The translations under genes were made by a program, and so were the position numbers. From Cyanobacteria bacterium P01_D01_bin.156 (GTDB taxonomy: Bacteria > Cyanobacteriota > Cyanobacteriia > Phormidesmidales > Phormidesmidaceae): 64,000 nucleotides of DNA. Within the stretch, counting starts at the first letter, position 1; each line of letters starts with the position of its first letter. The notes under the pieces are model-generated. The model worked only from the letters and a program-made list of their open reading frames with translations, was not told the origin of the DNA and did not search any database. This document shows positions 61,221 to 64,000 of this stretch, one piece after another. The stretch spans positions 64,001 through 128,000 of the forward strand of contig JBCCQQ010000007.1 of NCBI GenBank assembly GCA_039024555.1, given 5' to 3'.

Positions 61221-62531
61221 GTGAATAAAATTATTTCCAAGCTCAAGTCAACTTTGGGCAAATCGCTGGTGAAAGACAGCATATGGATGTTGTTTGCGCA
61301 AGTTATTGGTATTTTTATCCAAGGTGCTTATTTCATAATTGTTGCTAGAGTTTTAGGAGCCGAAGCCTACGGTATATTTGTTGGTATTGCTGCTTTTGTA
61401 AAGTTACTCTTTCCCTTTGTAGGCTGTGGTAGCTCTGATATTTTTCTTAAGTATGTTGCCAGGGATGCAAAGCTATTTAGGGGGTATTGGGGGACAACGT
61501 TACTGACATCCCTTCTATTTACCCTAGGTCTAGTACCATTCATGCTAGGTCTAGTTAAGGTGATCTTCTCACCAGATACGTCCTTACTCTTAGTTCTGTT
61601 TATTTTGTTGGCAGATCTTCTAGGGGGTAAGATCTGGGATTTATCGGCTAAAGCTTTTCTAGTTTGTGATGCTGTTAAGCTTAGGGCTAAGTATTCTGTT
61701 CTTTACGGCACAGGTAAACTACTAGCAGCCCTGGCGTTACTTGTATTTTTTGGGGATGGTAATATTCTTGCTTGGGGAGGCCTATATTGTTTAGGGTCCC
61801 TGCTGCCTGCAACGGCTGCTTTGATGGCAGTTAATAGGCTATACGGTAATCCTATATTTAATCTGAGAAAGTATCCCCCTGAGTTTGCTGAAGGGTTCTT
61901 CTTTGCGATCGCACAGTCAGCAGAAACTGTTAATGGACAGATCGACAGAACCATGTTGGTCAGTTTAGGAACTGCTGATGCAGCTGGCATCTATGCGGCT
62001 GGCTACCGATTTATCGATGTGGGATATATTGTTCTCATTGCCGTAATGAGTGCTACATATACTCGATTTTTGCGTCATGGTGCGTCTGGTATTAAAAAGG
62101 GATTGAGCTTTGCGTTAAAGCTTGTGCCTATCGCAATTGGGTACGGAATCATTTCAGCGTTTGGTTTGTTATGTGTTGCACCATTTACAGCAACTATTTT
62201 AGGAGAACAATATGCCCAATCATCCGGAGTATTGATGTGGTTAGCTCCAATTCATTTGATTGCCACATTGCAGTTTATTGCAGCAGATACCTTAACAGGT
62301 GCTGGATTCCATAGAACTCGGAGTGTGTTGCAAGTGACAGCCGCCTTCATCAATTTTGGAGCCAATCTTTATCTCATTCCTCGCTTCTCCTGGCAAGGTG
62401 CTGCATGGGCCACATTAACCTCCGAGATGTTCAAGTTAATAACACTGTGGTCATTAGTGTTCATATACAATAAACAGGCCACCGTTCAGGCTCGGTTAGC
62501 AAATGCTGATGCTGACCCTAAACTTAATTAA
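61221..62531 (+). CDS. wzx: Oligosaccharide flippase (Wzx family)
   Basis: ARVLGAEAYG, IDRTML, AGIYAAGYR, NLYLIPRFSWQGAAWAT. Confidence 0.87.
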   Translation: MNKIISKLKSTLGKSLVKDSIWMLFAQVIGIFIQGAYFIIVARVLGAEAYGIFVGIAAFVKLLFPFVGCGSSDIFLKYVARDAKLFRGYWGTTLLTSLLFTLGLVPFMLGLVKVIFSPDTSLLLVLFILLADLLGGKIWDLSAKAFLVCDAVKLRAKYSVLYGTGKLLAALALLVFFGDGNILAWGGLYCLGSLLPATAALMAVNRLYGNPIFNLRKYPPEFAEGFFFAIAQSAETVNGQIDRTMLVSLGTADAAGIYAAGYRFIDVGYIVLIAVMSATYTRFLRHGASGIKKGLSFALKLVPIAIGYGIISAFGLLCVAPFTATILGEQYAQSSGVLMWLAPIHLIATLQFIAADTLTGAGFHRTRSVLQVTAAFINFGANLYLIPRFSWQGAAWATLTSEMFKLITLWSLVFIYNKQATVQARLANADADPKLN

Positions 62532-62992
62532 TTAGTTTTATGTCTGGACAAGGTTCAGTGACAACTAATAAATGTTGTATAGTTTTCACCAACAACATTT
62601 ATTGTTCAGCAAACAATATTCTTCATAATTTCTAAAAAAACTGATTACTAAGGGTTTCTTTTTTCAAAAAGCATACATAGATTCAAACTTAATAACAGCA
62701 CAATTCAAGTTCTGAAGGAACAATGACTTTATGATTTTGGTCTCCATGAAAGTACCTTTTCTGACTATGGTTTTATACGGATTATTTTGAAAGCAATAGA
62801 AGTCTTTAAAACGATCTCTTTGCCTAGAGAAGTTAGTGCAACCAGACGGGAACATTGAATATAAATACTATTAGAACTAGAGAAGCTGACTCTAATTGAT
62901 CTTTCACATTCAGTAAATATTGACGTTGAAGGACATCGAACACAAGTTGGACTATTGCGTGAAGTTAAATAAATGGTTATCTGAGAGTAGTC

Positions 62993-64000
62993 ATGACAGC
63001 AAATAGGGTTTTGTTCTTAACCACACTTCTCCCAGGCCAGCAGACAAGCGGTGGTGAAGTTGCATCTCAGGCTTTTATTGATGGACTGAGACAGAACGGA
63101 TATGAGGTTTCAGTAATAGGCTATACCCGAAAAGGTGATGGGTATAGCCCAAAACCCTATGAGCAAGTGGTTGAGGAGCGTTATATAGAAACGAGTAAGG
63201 CAAAGACCCAGGCAATTATGTGGCTTGTTTGGGGCATTTTATTGGGGCTACCCTATTCGGCTGCTAAATATTATTCAAAAGCCTATATCAGACTCGTAAA
63301 GTCCCTTTTGAGGACCTATCAGTATGATGTTGTTGTCATAGATCATTCTCAGCTCAGTTGGCTAGCTAAATTTATTGAGCGTAAAGCCAGACTTATATTT
63401 ATTGCCCACAATGTGGAGCATGAAATCTATTCAAGCCACTTTCACAATGCTAGCAATCCTTTAGCCAAGTGGTTATATGCTCGCGAAGCTGATTTAGTCA
63501 AAATTCTTGAGTCTGGACTAGCAAAAAACGCTTCAGAGGTTTGGACTTTGACTGAGGAGGATGCTGGCTATTTCTCTGGTATAGAAGGTAAGGATAAAGT
63601 TAAAGTCTTAGCTTTGCCGCCGGGCCCAGAGAAAACAGTTGAGGAGTCTGTCAAAAAGAGATTTGATATCGGATTAATTGGCAGCTGGACTTGGAAATTT
63701 AATGAAGAAGGTCTTCAGTGGTTCTTTAAATTCATCTACCCCGAGCTATCTGAACAAGTATCGATTCATGTCGCTGGTAAAGGTGCTGAGTGGTTGGAGG
63801 GAAAGTATCCAAATGTGAGCTATGAAGGTTTTGTACCCAATGCCCAAGTTTTCATGGCGCAGGCGAAGGTAGTTGCATTACCTATTTTGGGGGGTAGTGG
63901 TATACAAATAAAAACTCTTGATGCCCTTGCTTCAGGATCGGCGATTGTGGCCACACCACAATCTATGAGGGGTATTTCTTTATCTTCCTCAGCAATTCAA
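62993..64000 (+). CDS. Glycosyltransferase family 4, runs off the window end
   Basis: Manual translation MTANRVLFLTTLLP...GGEVASQAFID...AHNVEH...GFVPNAQ.FM...GGSGIQIKTLDA.ASG..IVAT; absent from the ORF track because it has no stop in the window. Confidence 0.85.
   Translation, partial: MTANRVLFLTTLLPGQQTSGGEVASQAFIDGLRQNGYEVSVIGYTRKGDGYSPKPYEQVVEERYIETSKAKTQAIMWLVWGILLGLPYSAAKYYSKAYIRLVKSLLRTYQYDVVVIDHSQLSWLAKFIERKARLIFIAHNVEHEIYSSHFHNASNPLAKWLYAREADLVKILESGLAKNASEVWTLTEEDAGYFSGIEGKDKVKVLALPPGPEKTVEESVKKRFDIGLIGSWTWKFNEEGLQWFFKFIYPELSEQVSIHVAGKGAEWLEGKYPNVSYEGFVPNAQVFMAQAKVVALPILGGSGIQIKTLDALASGSAIVATPQSMRGISLSSSAIQ

Larger units (their letters stand above)
779..61912. repeat. HIP1 octamer GCGATCGC, dispersed (about 22 copies by eye)
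   Basis: Copies near 779, 4623, 5964, 9656, 12169, 13245, 17517, 22419, 23845, 28498, 31218, 33416, 38875, 41605, 42884, 44175, 44338, 47130, 48060, 49134, 51562, 61905. Confidence 0.85.

Noticed and set aside
1..64000. CRISPR array, rRNA, transposase, integrase or prophage genes
   Set aside because: No regularly spaced repeats or such ORFs were seen

Overview
Chromosomal DNA from a cyanobacterium. Evidence: psb28, ndhB, ndhD, ccsB, Ycf66 and a PatA-type regulator, plus about 22 HIP1 octamers (GCGATCGC) counted by eye. Gene content suggests a filamentous Leptolyngbyaceae-like lineage (inference). Most of the window is housekeeping: topA, pyrD, dapB, thrS, thrB, pgi, nfi, folP, a divergent infC, a Ni/Co ECF transporter and exbB-exbD-exbD. 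From about 52.8 kb to the end is a surface-polysaccharide locus: orphan TpsB, GT4, wza, kinase-less wzc, wzy/O-antigen ligase, wzx and a partial GT4. I found no rRNA, intact tRNA, CRISPR array, transposase or prophage, and no unmistakable new multi-gene system. Best leads: (1) endonuclease V ending in a clamp-binding-like motif QMELF; (2) FolP with an ~85-aa N-terminal extra domain whose start overlaps a divergent DUF362 gene in one CATG, an arrangement that recurs at nif3/Na-Pi; (3) a membrane-anchored class 3 lipase fusion; (4) TpsB heading the EPS cluster; (5) a probable ATC start on infC; (6) a pseudo-receiver PatA and a pseudo-kinase multi-GAF protein; (7) a frameshifted GFA remnant and GTAG/REP-like palindromes overlapping stop codons. 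All family assignments come from motif recognition by eye; no database search was run.
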